Shown here piece after piece: positions 24,061 through 35,610 of a DNA stretch of 64,000 nucleotides; within the stretch, counting starts at the first letter, position 1; each line of letters begins with the position of its first letter. The notes beneath the pieces are model-generated. The model did no database searches and had not been told where the DNA came from. It saw only the letters and a program-made list of their open reading frames with translations. The stretch comes from Octopus sinensis (taxonomy: Eukaryota): contig NC_043005.1 of the NCBI RefSeq assembly GCF_006345805.1, positions 75,516,001-75,580,000 of the forward strand. The letters run 5' to 3'. A program made the position numbers and the translations under genes.

Positions 24061-25092
24061 AAAGATGGTAACAAAAATGCATTGCGCCACACCCTCAATT
24101 TACAGGGTGGGGTATACGAGTGAAGTGGTACAGAGGATTGGATTGGATAAGTGGGTGGGTAAGTTCACAGGAGTGCGAAAGAAAAGTGGGAAATGGTGGG
24201 GAAGTTAATTTTCTAATAACCAATTTATTATTTTCTCTATATGAACAAATTGAACTCCAAAAATAAGCTTTTGACTCAGTGCATAAAATTTCATAAAAAT
24301 TGAATATGTAGGGAAAAAAAGACTGCCTACATTGAAATCAATTATGAAAATAATCATTCTTGTGAAAATAAACGGTTAAATATTCTACATATGTAGAATA
24401 ATAAAGTTCTTGGTGTGTTTAATAGAATAAAGTTATTTTTGATAGCTAATAATTTTATTCTAAAAAATGATTTTAATAATGTATATATTTTCCCCTCTGC
24501 CACCCAACAGTAAAATATCATCTCACACCCACCAGGAGAACCCCAGCTTAAAGACCCCTGCCTTAGTCCAATTTTCAACTGTTTCTGCCAACTTTTTACC
24601 TTAAGGAAAAACAAATTATTGATTTCTAGTCTTGGCACAATGTTTAGTGTGTGGCCAGGATTTTGACAAAAAAAAAAAAATTCTTGATTATAAAAATGGA
24701 TTCTCTAGTAACTGTCTTATTTGTAAAAAACACAAGGATGCAGGCATCGTTGTGTGGTTAAAAAGTTTTCTTACCAGCCATTTGGTTTCAGGTTCAGTCC
24801 CATTACATAGCACCTTAGACAAGTATTTTCTACCAAAGCCTTGTGGGTAGATTTGGTAGGCAGAAACTGAAAGCATTTTATATTATATTCTTTTATTTCT
24901 TTCAGTCATTAGACTGTGGCCATGCCTTTAGTTGAACAAATTAACCCCAGTACTTATTCTTTGTAAGCCTAGTATTTATTCTATTGATTACTTTTGTTGA
25001 ACCACTAAGTTATGGGGATTATAAACACACCAACATCGGTTTTCAAGCGTTCGTAGGGGGACAAATGCAGACACACAAACATATACTTAAAC

Positions 25093-25139
<47 letters not shown>

Positions 25140-25228
25140 TAATAATAGTAGGGAATATGATTTCAAAACTTACAGGGAAAAATTCAATGTAACAATTTTA
25201 AATCAAATTTCACAATATATGATATATA

Positions 25229-25625
25229 TAGGCGCAGGAGTGGCTGTGTGGTAAGTAGCTTGTTTACTAACCACATGGTTCCAGGTTCAGTCCCACTGCG
25301 TGGCACCTTGGGTAAGTGTCTTCTACTATAGCCTCGGGCCGACCAATGCCTTGTGAGTGGATTTGGTAGACGGAAACTGAAAGAAGTCCGTCGTATATAT
25401 GTATATATATATATGTATGTGTGTGTGTCTGTGTTTGTCCCCCTAGCATTGCTTGACAACCGATGCTGGTGTGTTTATGTCCCCGTCACTTAGCGGTTCG
25501 GCAAAAAGAGACTGATAGAATAAGTACAGGGCTTACAAAGAATAAGTCCCGGGGTTGAGTTGCTCGATTAAAGGTGGTGCTCCAGCATGGCTGCAGTCAA
25601 ATGACTGAAACAAGTAAAAGAGTAT
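25229..25625 (+). mobile_element. SINE family A, full length
   Basis: GGCGCAGGAGTGGCTGTGTGG head through the GTAAAAGAGTA tail. Confidence 0.93.
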
Positions 25626-26064
25626 ATAATTTAGAGAAAAACCGCTATTAGACAATTCAATAAAGAAAGATGTTATTCACACCATATAGAAAACATATAC
25701 TATATAAAAAAAAGCCTTATTCTAAAAATCAATAAAGTACAATAAATCTACCCACAAGGCTTCAGTAGAAAACACTTACTTAAGGTGCCATGTAATGGGA
25801 CTGAATCTGGAACCAAATGGCTGGTAAGAAAACTTTTTAACCATACAACCATGATAAAAGGAGTGGCTGTGTGGTTAGAAGCTTGCTTCCCAACCACATG
25901 GTTCCAGGTTCAGTCCCACTGCATGGCACCTTGGACTATTTATTGTACTTTATTGATTTTTAGAAATAAGTTTTTTTTTTTTATAGTATATGTTTTTCTA
26001 TATGGTGTGAATAACATCTTTCTTTATTGAATTGTTTAATAGCGGTTTTTCTCTAAATTATATA
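25623..26064. repeat. ~125-bp inverted repeat pair (25623-25747 / 25938-26064) enclosing two inverted copies of neighbouring SINE heads
   Basis: The arms are near-identical reverse complements. The spacer segments are inverted copies of 24745-24854 and 26193-26280. Confidence 0.9.
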
Positions 26065-26939
26065 CATACATACACACACACACGCACATGTATGTATATA
26101 TATATACATATATATGACGGGTTTCTTTCAGTTTCCATCTACCAAATCCACTGACAAGGCTTTGGTTGGCCTGAGGCTATAGTAGAAGACACTAGTCCAA
26201 AGTACCATGCAGTGGGACTGAACCCGGAACCATGTGGTTGGGAAGCAAGCTTCTAACCACACAGCCACTCCTTTTATCATTTATCTTTTACTTATTTCAG
26301 TCATTAGACTGCTGGGGCACTGCCTTGAAGAATTTTTAGTTGAATGAATCAACCCCAGTGCCTTTTTTATAGCCTGGTAATTATTCTATCGGTCTCTTTT
26401 GCCAAACTGCTAAGTTACAGGGATATAAACACACCATCATTGGTTGTCAAGTGGTGGTGGGGACAAACACAGACACAAAGACACACACATACACATACAC
26501 TCACACACACAATGGGCTTCTTTTCAGTTTCCGTCTACCAAATCCACTCACAAGGCTAAGGCTGTAGCAGAAGTTTCTTGTCCAAGGTGCCATGCAGTGA
26601 GACTGAACCCAGAATGATGTGGTTGGGGAGCAAGCTTTTTAACATACAGCCACACCAACACCTATATATATATATATAAAGAAGCCTGTCGTATATATGT
26701 ATATATATGTATGTGTGTGTGTGTGTGTATTTGTGTGTCTGCGTTTATCCCCCCCAACATCGCTTGACAACCGATGCTGGTGTGTTTGCATCCTTGTAAC
26801 CTAGCAGTTCGGCAAAAGAGACCGATAGAATAAGTACTAGGCTCACAAAGAATAAGTCCTGGGGTCAATTTGCTCGACTAAAGCAGTGCTCCAGCATGGC
26901 CACAGTCAAATGACTGAGACAAGTAAATAGAGTAAAGAG

Positions 26940-27005
<66 letters not shown>

Positions 27006-27236
27006 TATATATATATATGTATATATATATGTATATATATGTGTATATATATATGTATATATATGTGTATATATATATGGTATATATATATGTATATATA
27101 TGTGTATATATATATATTATATATATGTGTATATATATGTGTATATATATATATATATGTGTATATATATATATATGTATATATATGTATGTATATATAT
27201 ATGTATATTATATATGTATATATATATATATATGTA

Positions 27237-27283
<47 letters not shown>

Positions 27284-27350
27284 TATATATATGTAATATA
27301 TATGTATATATATATATATGTATATATATATGTATATATATATATATATA

Positions 27351-27441
<91 letters not shown>

Positions 27442-27473
27442 TATATATATATGTATACATATATATATATATG

Positions 27474-27504
<31 letters not shown>

Positions 27505-27570
27505 GTATATATATATATGTATACATATATATATATATATATATATATAATATGTATATATATATATGCG
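26940..27570. repeat. Long degenerate (TA)n array starting at a SINE A tail
   Basis: Begins immediately after ...AGAGTAAAGAG. Confidence 0.95.
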
Positions 27571-28149
27571 TGCGCACACACACACACACATGTATGTATG
27601 TATGTATGTTTGTGTCTCCTTGTCTTGACTTCACACAACAGTAGTAAATAAGCATTACCTTCTTATAAATGGTATAATTTGTTTCTAATCTTCTGTGATG
27701 ATGATGATGATGATGATGACTATGATGATGGTGAAATTTATATAATGTTAAATAATAATTATATTTATATGGAGCCAGACATGGAGATGGGAATGGAATG
27801 AATAACCTTCCTTGATTGATGTTATATATCAGCTCCTGAAAGCTATTTCCAGTGGCACTTGAATTAAAAATTCAACTAAATATTGACCAGCGTCCGCTAC
27901 TTTCCTCTTTCTACCATTCCATCACCCTGAGGATGATAATGAAATATCAATTGTTCTCCAGTAAAAGCAAAAAAAAAAAAAAAAAAAAAAAAATTAGTAT
28001 TTGGAGGAAGAAATTTTTGTCAGAAATGGACATTCATTGATTGGTATTATAAAACTGTGACATCAATGTACAAGAGGAAATGTTTGAGGGAAAGAAAAGA
28101 GAAAAAAGTTGGGGTTGGTTTCTAAAAAAAATTTCTTCTTTTTCTGGAA

Positions 28150-30581
28150 CCAGTGAAGGAAAACGTTGAGCAAGAATGCACAGGGGAACAGCGTTCATCT
28201 GCTTTTCATCTCACAGGGAGGGAATTTATAGCATCTAACCCCGTCCCCAACTTCTTCCCACTCTCAGACACCCAGGCAGGCGTCTACCCCCTAGTTCCCC
28301 CAAAACGTATCCCTATCAAAGTCTGGAACCCTTCTGCGACTCTATCATAATAGGTGGGCTCCGCCAGGAGCTAATCATTAGGTGTATTTACTCCTGGAAT
28401 GTCAGAGACACCCAACTTTCTCTGCACAATAGCGACGAAAACAAAATTTTTAGTGGGAGCGAAAGCAGAAAGATGTGACATTTACGTCTTCTCCCGCTGG
28501 ACAATAGTGATGTAAATAATCTCAGTTATATATTATTGACACTCATTTTATTGATCCCTTCTTGAGAGATAGGCATTTGACATGACATTGAACTCAGAAC
28601 AGCGATGCACTGAACTTTGAATAGTAGATATAAAAATATTTGCTCTAACCCTCTGGTAACTCTACTATATTAAAACCAACAAAAACAAATAAGTTTATCT
28701 TATCATTCTTATTCATTTTATTTTTGTGTTGCTTTTACTGGTCGCCGTTCAAATAAATAATTTAACATAGACTGGTAAGAGATAATTTCCTGTCAGCACT
28801 GAATATAGATATCATATTTTGGGATCAAACATGCCAACATCTCATTAAAATTATATAGATAAATAGATAGGTATCAAAACTGCTTTTTCTCCTTTCGTCT
28901 ATGGAATTAATATTTTCTGATATCTCACAGATCACATACACTTCTCTCTTCTGCTTTTTTTTTGTAGCCTACATGAAAACGACTATCTTTCGGAAATTCT
29001 ACCGCTGTATATATTCTATTCCTCAGTTACCAATAAGCTCTGGCTATAATGACCGACTGCAGAAAAGGGAGCGAGAAAATTAAGAGTTGCGAAGAGTCGG
29101 GTAGCTTAGCTATGTCCCCCCCATCCCCACGCACTCACCAAAATAATGGGCAAAAATGAGGAGTCGTAGCGGGAAGCCAGGAATCGAATGGGTATAGATA
29201 GCGGGTGGGGGTTTATTAAGCAGGAACCGGAGAAGCAGGGTAGAGAGAGACCCTTATGTTAATAGTAGTTTTCGAAGAATACGGCAGCAAAATCGAGTGC
29301 ATTGAATGATGGTGGTAGCGGAATATCAAATAGAAAGCTTCGCATTTCTATAACAATCTCTGCTACATCCCACCGACCATCTATATATTACTCAGCGACA
29401 CCAACATCCTCTTTACTCTCTCCCCTCATATTTACCACTCCCTTACTCGTTCTCTTCTGCTCATGAAACTAGTACAGACCAGGACGACGCACTGCTAGTA
29501 AGCCTTTAGCGACAGCAGAACAGTGCTACCGGCACCGAATCTAGGTGTATTATAATTCTCAGCAGTAAAAGCTTGCCGTCGAAGAAAGAAAGAACGAACG
29601 ATTTTGATAGAAAAAAGAAAGATAGGAAGAAAAGAGAACGAAAAGAATATAATTGAAAAAAAAAAAAGAAAAAGAAAAAAATTCATTTATATGCAAATCG
29701 AAGAAAAAAGAAAGGGAGCAAAAAGATAATCAAAAATATTTCATGGAAGAACAATTTTCATTTATTTATTTTTAATTTCAATGTAAAAAAATAACATAAA
29801 CAAAGGCAGAGGAAGAAATATATATAATATCTGGCATTGTTAAATTGTTTATTATTTTTGTTAGGTTTTATTAAATTTCTCTGGTGATGATGATGAGGTA
29901 TTTCAGATGAAAATTAAGCATTGTTTGTTGGAGTAACAACTCCCGGCGGGCTGATGAATTAAAAAACTGGTTGCTGAGGCCAGCAGACGCCAACATCATC
30001 AACTGCACCACCATCATCATCATTATTATTATTATACTACAAGAATCTCTCTCAGTCTAGCAACAGTTGTTGTGTGTATCAACGACATATTATAACATAA
30101 TATAATATAACATAACAACAACACTTACCAACGAAAAATCTCACGTTCGCTTGTTGTTCGGAGCAGATGAAAAGAAACTCTGCGGTCTTTACTCACTAAA
30201 TTTCAGTTTATCGGAGGATAACTTACAATACGGTTTCCCCCACAACCGATTCTTATCGCTTCTTTTACTTCCCGGACTTATTTCTGCAAGAATTTCTCCT
30301 TAACAAAAAAAAAAAAAAAAAAGGAAAACAAAATATGTGCGCGAATTTTGGTTTATACTGCGCTCTAATTCGACTGGGCCTCTACTCCGTAAGTCCAATT
30401 AATTCATTCATTATTGTTATTATTATTTATTACTTAACTGTTGTAATTACTATGCTTGCTGTTGTTTTTATTTCTTCCGTCTTCTTTCATTCATTTGTAA
30501 TATCTGAACAATTTGAACAACGTACAAACTATAATAATTATCCCACGCCGAACACAGCCTTGCCTTTATATATATATATAT

Positions 30582-30633
<52 letters not shown>

Positions 30634-30950
30634 GTGTATATATGTATATCACAATCACAGTTATCAGCAACACCCTGACCGATTATTGCTTTTGTTTATT
30701 AAAACTAAAAGAAAAGAAAAAAAATGTTGACCTGTTTTTATTGCAGAATAAGCTTTTACTTATCGGTAGACCACCCTCAGTTTCTCTTGTTCTGTTGTTC
30801 TCTTCTTGTGTGAAAACTTTTCGTTTGTATTTATTAGTAACGAAAGTAATGCAGGTTGTATAATGCTGGTGCGCGATGGACCCCCGACTCTCCCCACCCC
30901 CGCTTATCAACGGAATAATCGAATCCGGAATTACCTATCACTATATAGTT
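28150..30950. promoter_or_regulatory. Putative CpG-retaining promoter/5' region, possibly bidirectional
   Basis: Transposon-free unique sequence with visibly more CG dinucleotides than the background. Donors: minus TTG|GTAAGT at about 30128, minus TTG|GTGAGT at about 29138, and plus TCC|GTAAGT at 30389. Confidence 0.5.
30335..30388 (+). CDS. Candidate first exon (ATG to donor), MCANFGLYCALIRLGLYS; may be 5' UTR
   Basis: ATG at 30335, open frame to the GTAAGT donor at 30389. Confidence 0.2.
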
Positions 30951-30959
30951 TGTGTACAC

Positions 30960-31730
30960 ACACACACGCGCGTGTTTATATATGATGTATGTATGAGTGT
31001 GTTTATGCATAATGTATATGTGTTTATATATATGATGGATGCATGAGTGTGTATATGCATAATGTATGTTTATATATGATGTATGTATGTATGTTTTGTG
31101 TATATTGTATGCGCGTGTGTGATTATATGACTATGTATGTGTTTATATATAATGTATGTGTTTATATATGATGTGTGTGTTTATATATGATGTGTGTGTT
31201 TATATAAAATGTGTGTGTTTATATACGATACTCTTTTACTCTTTCACTTGTTTCAGTCATTTGACTGCGGCCATGCTGGAGCACCGTCTTTAGTCGAGCA
31301 ACTCGACCCCGGGACTTATTCTTTTTGTAAGCCCAGTACTTATTCTATCGGTCTCTTTTTGCCGAACCGCTAAGTGACGGGGACGTAAACACACCAGCAT
31401 CGGTTGTCAAGCAATGACGATGTGTGTGTTTGTATACGATGTGTGTGTTTATATACGATGTGTGTGTTTATATATGATGTATGTTTATATATGATGTATG
31501 TGTGTTTACATATATGTATGTGTTTATATCCGATGTATGATTGTGTGTTTACATATATATGATGTATGTATTTGTGTTTTCATATATTGATATTTGTATG
31601 TGTGTTTATATATGATATATGTATGTGTTATATACGATGTATGTGTTTATATATGATGTATATGTCTTTATATATTACATACGAGTGTGTTTATATATGA
31701 TGTATGTGTGTGTGTGTTTCTCTATGCTTT
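30960..31730. repeat. Degenerate ~20-25-bp minisatellite (GTGTGTTTATATATGAT core) containing a truncated SINE A at about 31229-31417
   Basis: Core repeated more than 20 times; ACGAT occurs on both sides of the SINE. Confidence 0.85.
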
Positions 31731-32012
31731 TGATTAGATAAGTTGTTAAATAATATTTGATAATTGATATATATCAAAGTACTACACCGATGAAACGGAA
31801 TTGAAAGTAAAGCAAAAAAAGAAAAAGAAAAAGAAACCGATAAAAAAGAAAGACAAAACAACAAACAACGACATCGTCTACGGGAAGCACTCCTTGATCT
31901 ACTGGATATTCCTGTTGGAAAGTGTTGGGAAAATAATCATTGATTTGTTTGCTGTATACTTCGTGTGTTTTCTTCTAGTTAAACTTTCACCTCCGTGTAT
32001 TTTTGTTTATTT

Positions 32013-32410
32013 CTCTACTCTTTTACTCGTTTCAGTCATTTGACTGCGGCCATGCTGGAGCACCGCTTTTAGTCGAGCAAATCGACCCCAGGACTTATTC
32101 TTTTTGTAAGCCTAGTACTTATTCTATCGGTTCTCTTATGCCGAACCGCTAAGTTACGGGGACGTAAACACACCAGCATCGTTTGTCAAGCGATGTTGGG
32201 GGACAAACACAGACACACAAACATATACACATACAATATATATATATATATACGACGGGCTTCTTTCAGTTTCCGTCTACCAAATCCACTCACAAGGCTT
32301 TGGTCGGCTCGAGGCTATAGTAAATGACACTTGCCCAAGGTACTACGCAGTGGGACTGAACCCGGAACCATGTAGTTCGTAAGCAAGCTAGTTACCACAC
32401 AGCCACTCCT
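32013..32410 (-). mobile_element. SINE family A, full length, CpG-intact
   Basis: Family A sequence with CpGs retained despite several non-CpG substitutions. Confidence 0.93.
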
Positions 32411-32672
32411 CTATTATTTCAGGACTTCAATTTTGTATGATAATACTTTATATAATAAACCTCGTCTAAATAATAATTTCTTCGACATGATACATGTTTT
32501 CCATTTACAAATAATAGCAACTTCTCATTCAAACAGTTGTCTTTTTTCTTTCTTTTCTTCTTCTTCTTTTGATTGGACACAAAGTAATTTTTCCCTCCTG
32601 AGTAAGAGGATAAATTAATTGAAAAGATCCCAGTCATCTCTGACACGTTTTAAATTCTTTCTTTGTATCCAG

Positions 32673-32729
32673 TTTGGGAGAACAAAAACGAAGTTTACTT
32701 CTGCATGATTTAAAATCAAAATCTGTGAG
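32673..32729 (+). other. Candidate 57-nt exon
   Basis: Acceptor TTCTTTCTTTGTATCCAG and donor GAG|GTATTG. One frame is open: LGEQKRSLLLHDLKSKSV. Confidence 0.25.
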
Positions 32730-33079
32730 GTATTGAATTTTTCTATATTGTTAGCAATCACTAACCAACTCTTATAATTAAAAACGACAAGGCAGACGCA
32801 AAGTCCTATCCTTTTTTCCTCTTATTGTTATTATGATATAATCGATCGATCGGGTTTTCCAGTATTTTATCGTTTAACTTTATTGATCCCTGCAGGGTTT
32901 TTATTTCAGAACAAAGAAAAGCGAGTTTTAGGTACTCGATGCATCATGTTTGGGTCATCCATGGCTTTGAATGAGAATAACTTGGATGCGTTGTTGTAAA
33001 ACAATGCAGCACCCCTCCTAAAACAGGAATGCTTAAACTCTTAGAGCAGCTTTAAACGAGGTCGATTCGTGATATCACG

Positions 33080-33490
33080 CTCTCTCTTTTTACTTGTTTC
33101 AGTCATTTGACTGCGGTCATGCTGGAGCACCGCCTTTTAGTCGAGCAAACCGACCCCGGGACTTATTCTTTGTAAGCCTAGTACTTATTCTATCGGTCTC
33201 TTTTGCCGAACCGCTAAGTTACGGGGACGTAAACACACCAGCATCGGTTGTCAAGCGATGTTGGAGGGAACAAACACAGACACACAAACATATACACACA
33301 CGTACACACACACACATATATATACGACGGGCTTCTTTTAGTTTCCGTCTACCAAATCCACTCACGAAGCTTTGGTCGGCCCTAGGCTATAGTAGAAGAC
33401 ACTTGCCCAAGGTGCCACGCAGTGGGACTGAACCCGGAACCATGTGGTTGGTAAGCAAGCTACTTACCACACAGCCACTCCTGCGCCTAA
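33080..33490 (-). mobile_element. SINE family A, full length, CpG-intact
   Basis: As for the 32013 copy. Confidence 0.93.
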
Positions 33491-33767
33491 AAATTATTTT
33501 ATACTTGTTATTTTAGGGGACACTAGTTTCTCTTTCTACGTATTACTATGCAGTTTTCAGAGCTCTTTGAACTAACTTAGAAACAAGAGTTGTTGTTGTT
33601 GTTGTTAAGTGATTGTTTTTCTTTCTTTTTGTTTTGTTTTAATTAGTTATTTACTCTTTTCACTCACTTGAACTCTGTTGATTCATGGGATTAGATTTAT
33701 CATTGCTGGGGGTGGAGAGGATAGAATAACAGAATAGATGCTAACTTCATTCAGTGTTGAATAAAAC

Positions 33768-33784
33768 CTGAGTCATTGACTCAG
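33768..33784. promoter_or_regulatory. Perfect palindrome of two AP-1 (TGASTCA) sites
   Basis: CTGAGTCA-T-TGACTCAG in unique sequence. Confidence 0.3.
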
Positions 33785-34034
33785 TTCATTTATGTAATTA
33801 ATTTACGACGGGTGGTGGGGCAACTGTAAAGGTGGCGGTGGTGGAAGCGGAGGGTATCGAACAATTAGTCAAAGCACTGTAAAAACACTCGAAAAAAGAT
33901 CTATTCGTTTGAAGAATCCAAAGGGGGGCATTGATTTAATTAGTAAATGTTATATATTGGTAGTAGGGTAGTCAGGTATCTGAGTGTTCCATCATTCCCC
34001 ATCTGGCGCCGCCTCAAGCCGGATGCTGACTTAC

Positions 34035-34055
34035 CTTCGTTTTTGATGTTGGAAA
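34035..34055 (-). other. Candidate 21-nt micro-exon
   Basis: CTTATTCCAG|TTTCCAACATCAAAAACGAAG|GTAAGT. Confidence 0.2.
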
Positions 34056-34604
34056 CTGGAATAAGTACACTTAAGATAATTAGTTGGTATTTAATGGTGT
34101 AATAACCATTAAAAGCCATTGATTGCGAAGATGTCTGATCTAGTTGTACCTAAACCTTGATTTATCTGACCAGAATAATATTGTTCTGATGATAGCAACA
34201 TCATTTCATTAGATGATCTTTTTTTTTGTCTTATAACAATTAATGAAAAATTACTTGACATGAAAAGAAATAAAATAACACTAATCAATAATTTGAACTG
34301 CTGAAGTTCATATCTTGCCTTGGCATTGCCCTGTGTCTATGACCAGGACACTTTTAACATGCAATTGGCCCAGTCCACCTGGCTGTAAATAAGCTAGGAA
34401 GAATTCATTGCTTTAAGCAGTATAGCCATAACAACTGGTTCTTTAACTGTTCGTCATTCAGACTACTCTTAACAAATATAAAGCTTATTTATTCACATTG
34501 TTTTGAATTGATCATGTATTATTTCATAGCTTTGAAATTTCAATGACGTAATGGTTTATTCCTAGAATGGCATTGTAGGGTAAGTGTGACAGGTTAGATC
34601 GGGG

Positions 34605-34790
34605 AAATGCGTAGCTGTATTTCGTCTGCCGCTACGGTCTGAGTTCAAATTCCGCCGAGGTCGACTTTGCCTTTCATCCTTTCGGGGTCGATTAAATAAG
34701 TACCAGTTATGCACTGGGGTCGATATAATCGACTTAATCCGTTTGTCTATCCTTATTTGTCCCCTCTGTGGGTAGTAAAAGAAATAGGTT
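34605..34790 (+). mobile_element. SINE family B, 5'-truncated
   Basis: GAGTTCAAATTCCGCCGAGGTCGACTTTGCCTTTCATCCTTTCGGGGTCGAT. Confidence 0.9.
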
Positions 34791-35152
34791 AGATCTGGCT
34801 GGTTTGAACATAAAATAAGTAAAGTATTTCAGCTGGATATGACCAGTTTAAATGCTAAAGGGTTAATTTGCAGTGTTAAGTTTAACTCCTCCTGTGGGCC
34901 AGAAGAAAGTAATAGGAAGTTAATCCAGTCTAATCTGTAGAATTATCTTATAAGGTATCAGTTCTCCAATAGTGCCCAATCACCAACAGAGTTGTAAGAC
35001 TCTCTAATGATGATGATAAATCCATAGAAATCCAAGCTTAGCTGGATCTACTTTTAATTAAAGTTAAGGTCCTTTTTTATTTTCTCATTTACACACCTCA
35101 TACAGTCTGGTTAGCAATGATTCATTAACATTTTATCATTACTTTATCTCAG

Positions 35153-35170
35153 ATATTGAAACAAGTCTGG
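35153..35170 (+). other. Candidate 18-nt micro-exon
   Basis: TTACTTTATCTCAG|ATATTGAAACAAGTCTGG|GTAAGG. Confidence 0.2.
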
Positions 35171-35249
35171 GTAAGGGGGAGGACTCCACCTCAAAAAGAA
35201 GAAAAGTCAAGTTCATTTTTCACTTTTTCATTCTTACAAAACAATATAT

Positions 35250-35610
35250 TATGTGGCTGTGTGGTAAGAAGCTTGCTTCCCAACCACATGGTTCCAGGTT
35301 CAGTCTCACTGTGTGGCACTGTAAGTTACTATAGCCTCAGGCCGACCAAAGCCCTGTCTGTAGATTTGGTAGGCTGAAACTGAAAGAAGCTTGTTGTATA
35401 TATATATACATGTGTGTGTGTGTGTATGTGTATCCGTGTTCTACTACTGCTTGACAACTGGTGTTGGTGTGTTTGTCTCTGTAACTTAGCGGTTTGGTAA
35501 AAGAGACTGACAGAATAAGTACCAGGTTTAAAAAAAGAAACAATTCATTTGACTAAAATTCTTCAAGGTGTTGCCCCAGCATGGCCACAGTCCAATGACT
35601 GAAACAAGTT
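35250..35610 (+). mobile_element. SINE family A, CpG-decayed
   Basis: Family A layout with many CG>TG/CA changes. Confidence 0.85.

Noticed and set aside
31780-31812. CCGATGA..GAAA hammerhead-like string
   Set aside because: Only a 2-bp stem II and no stem III or stem I partner.
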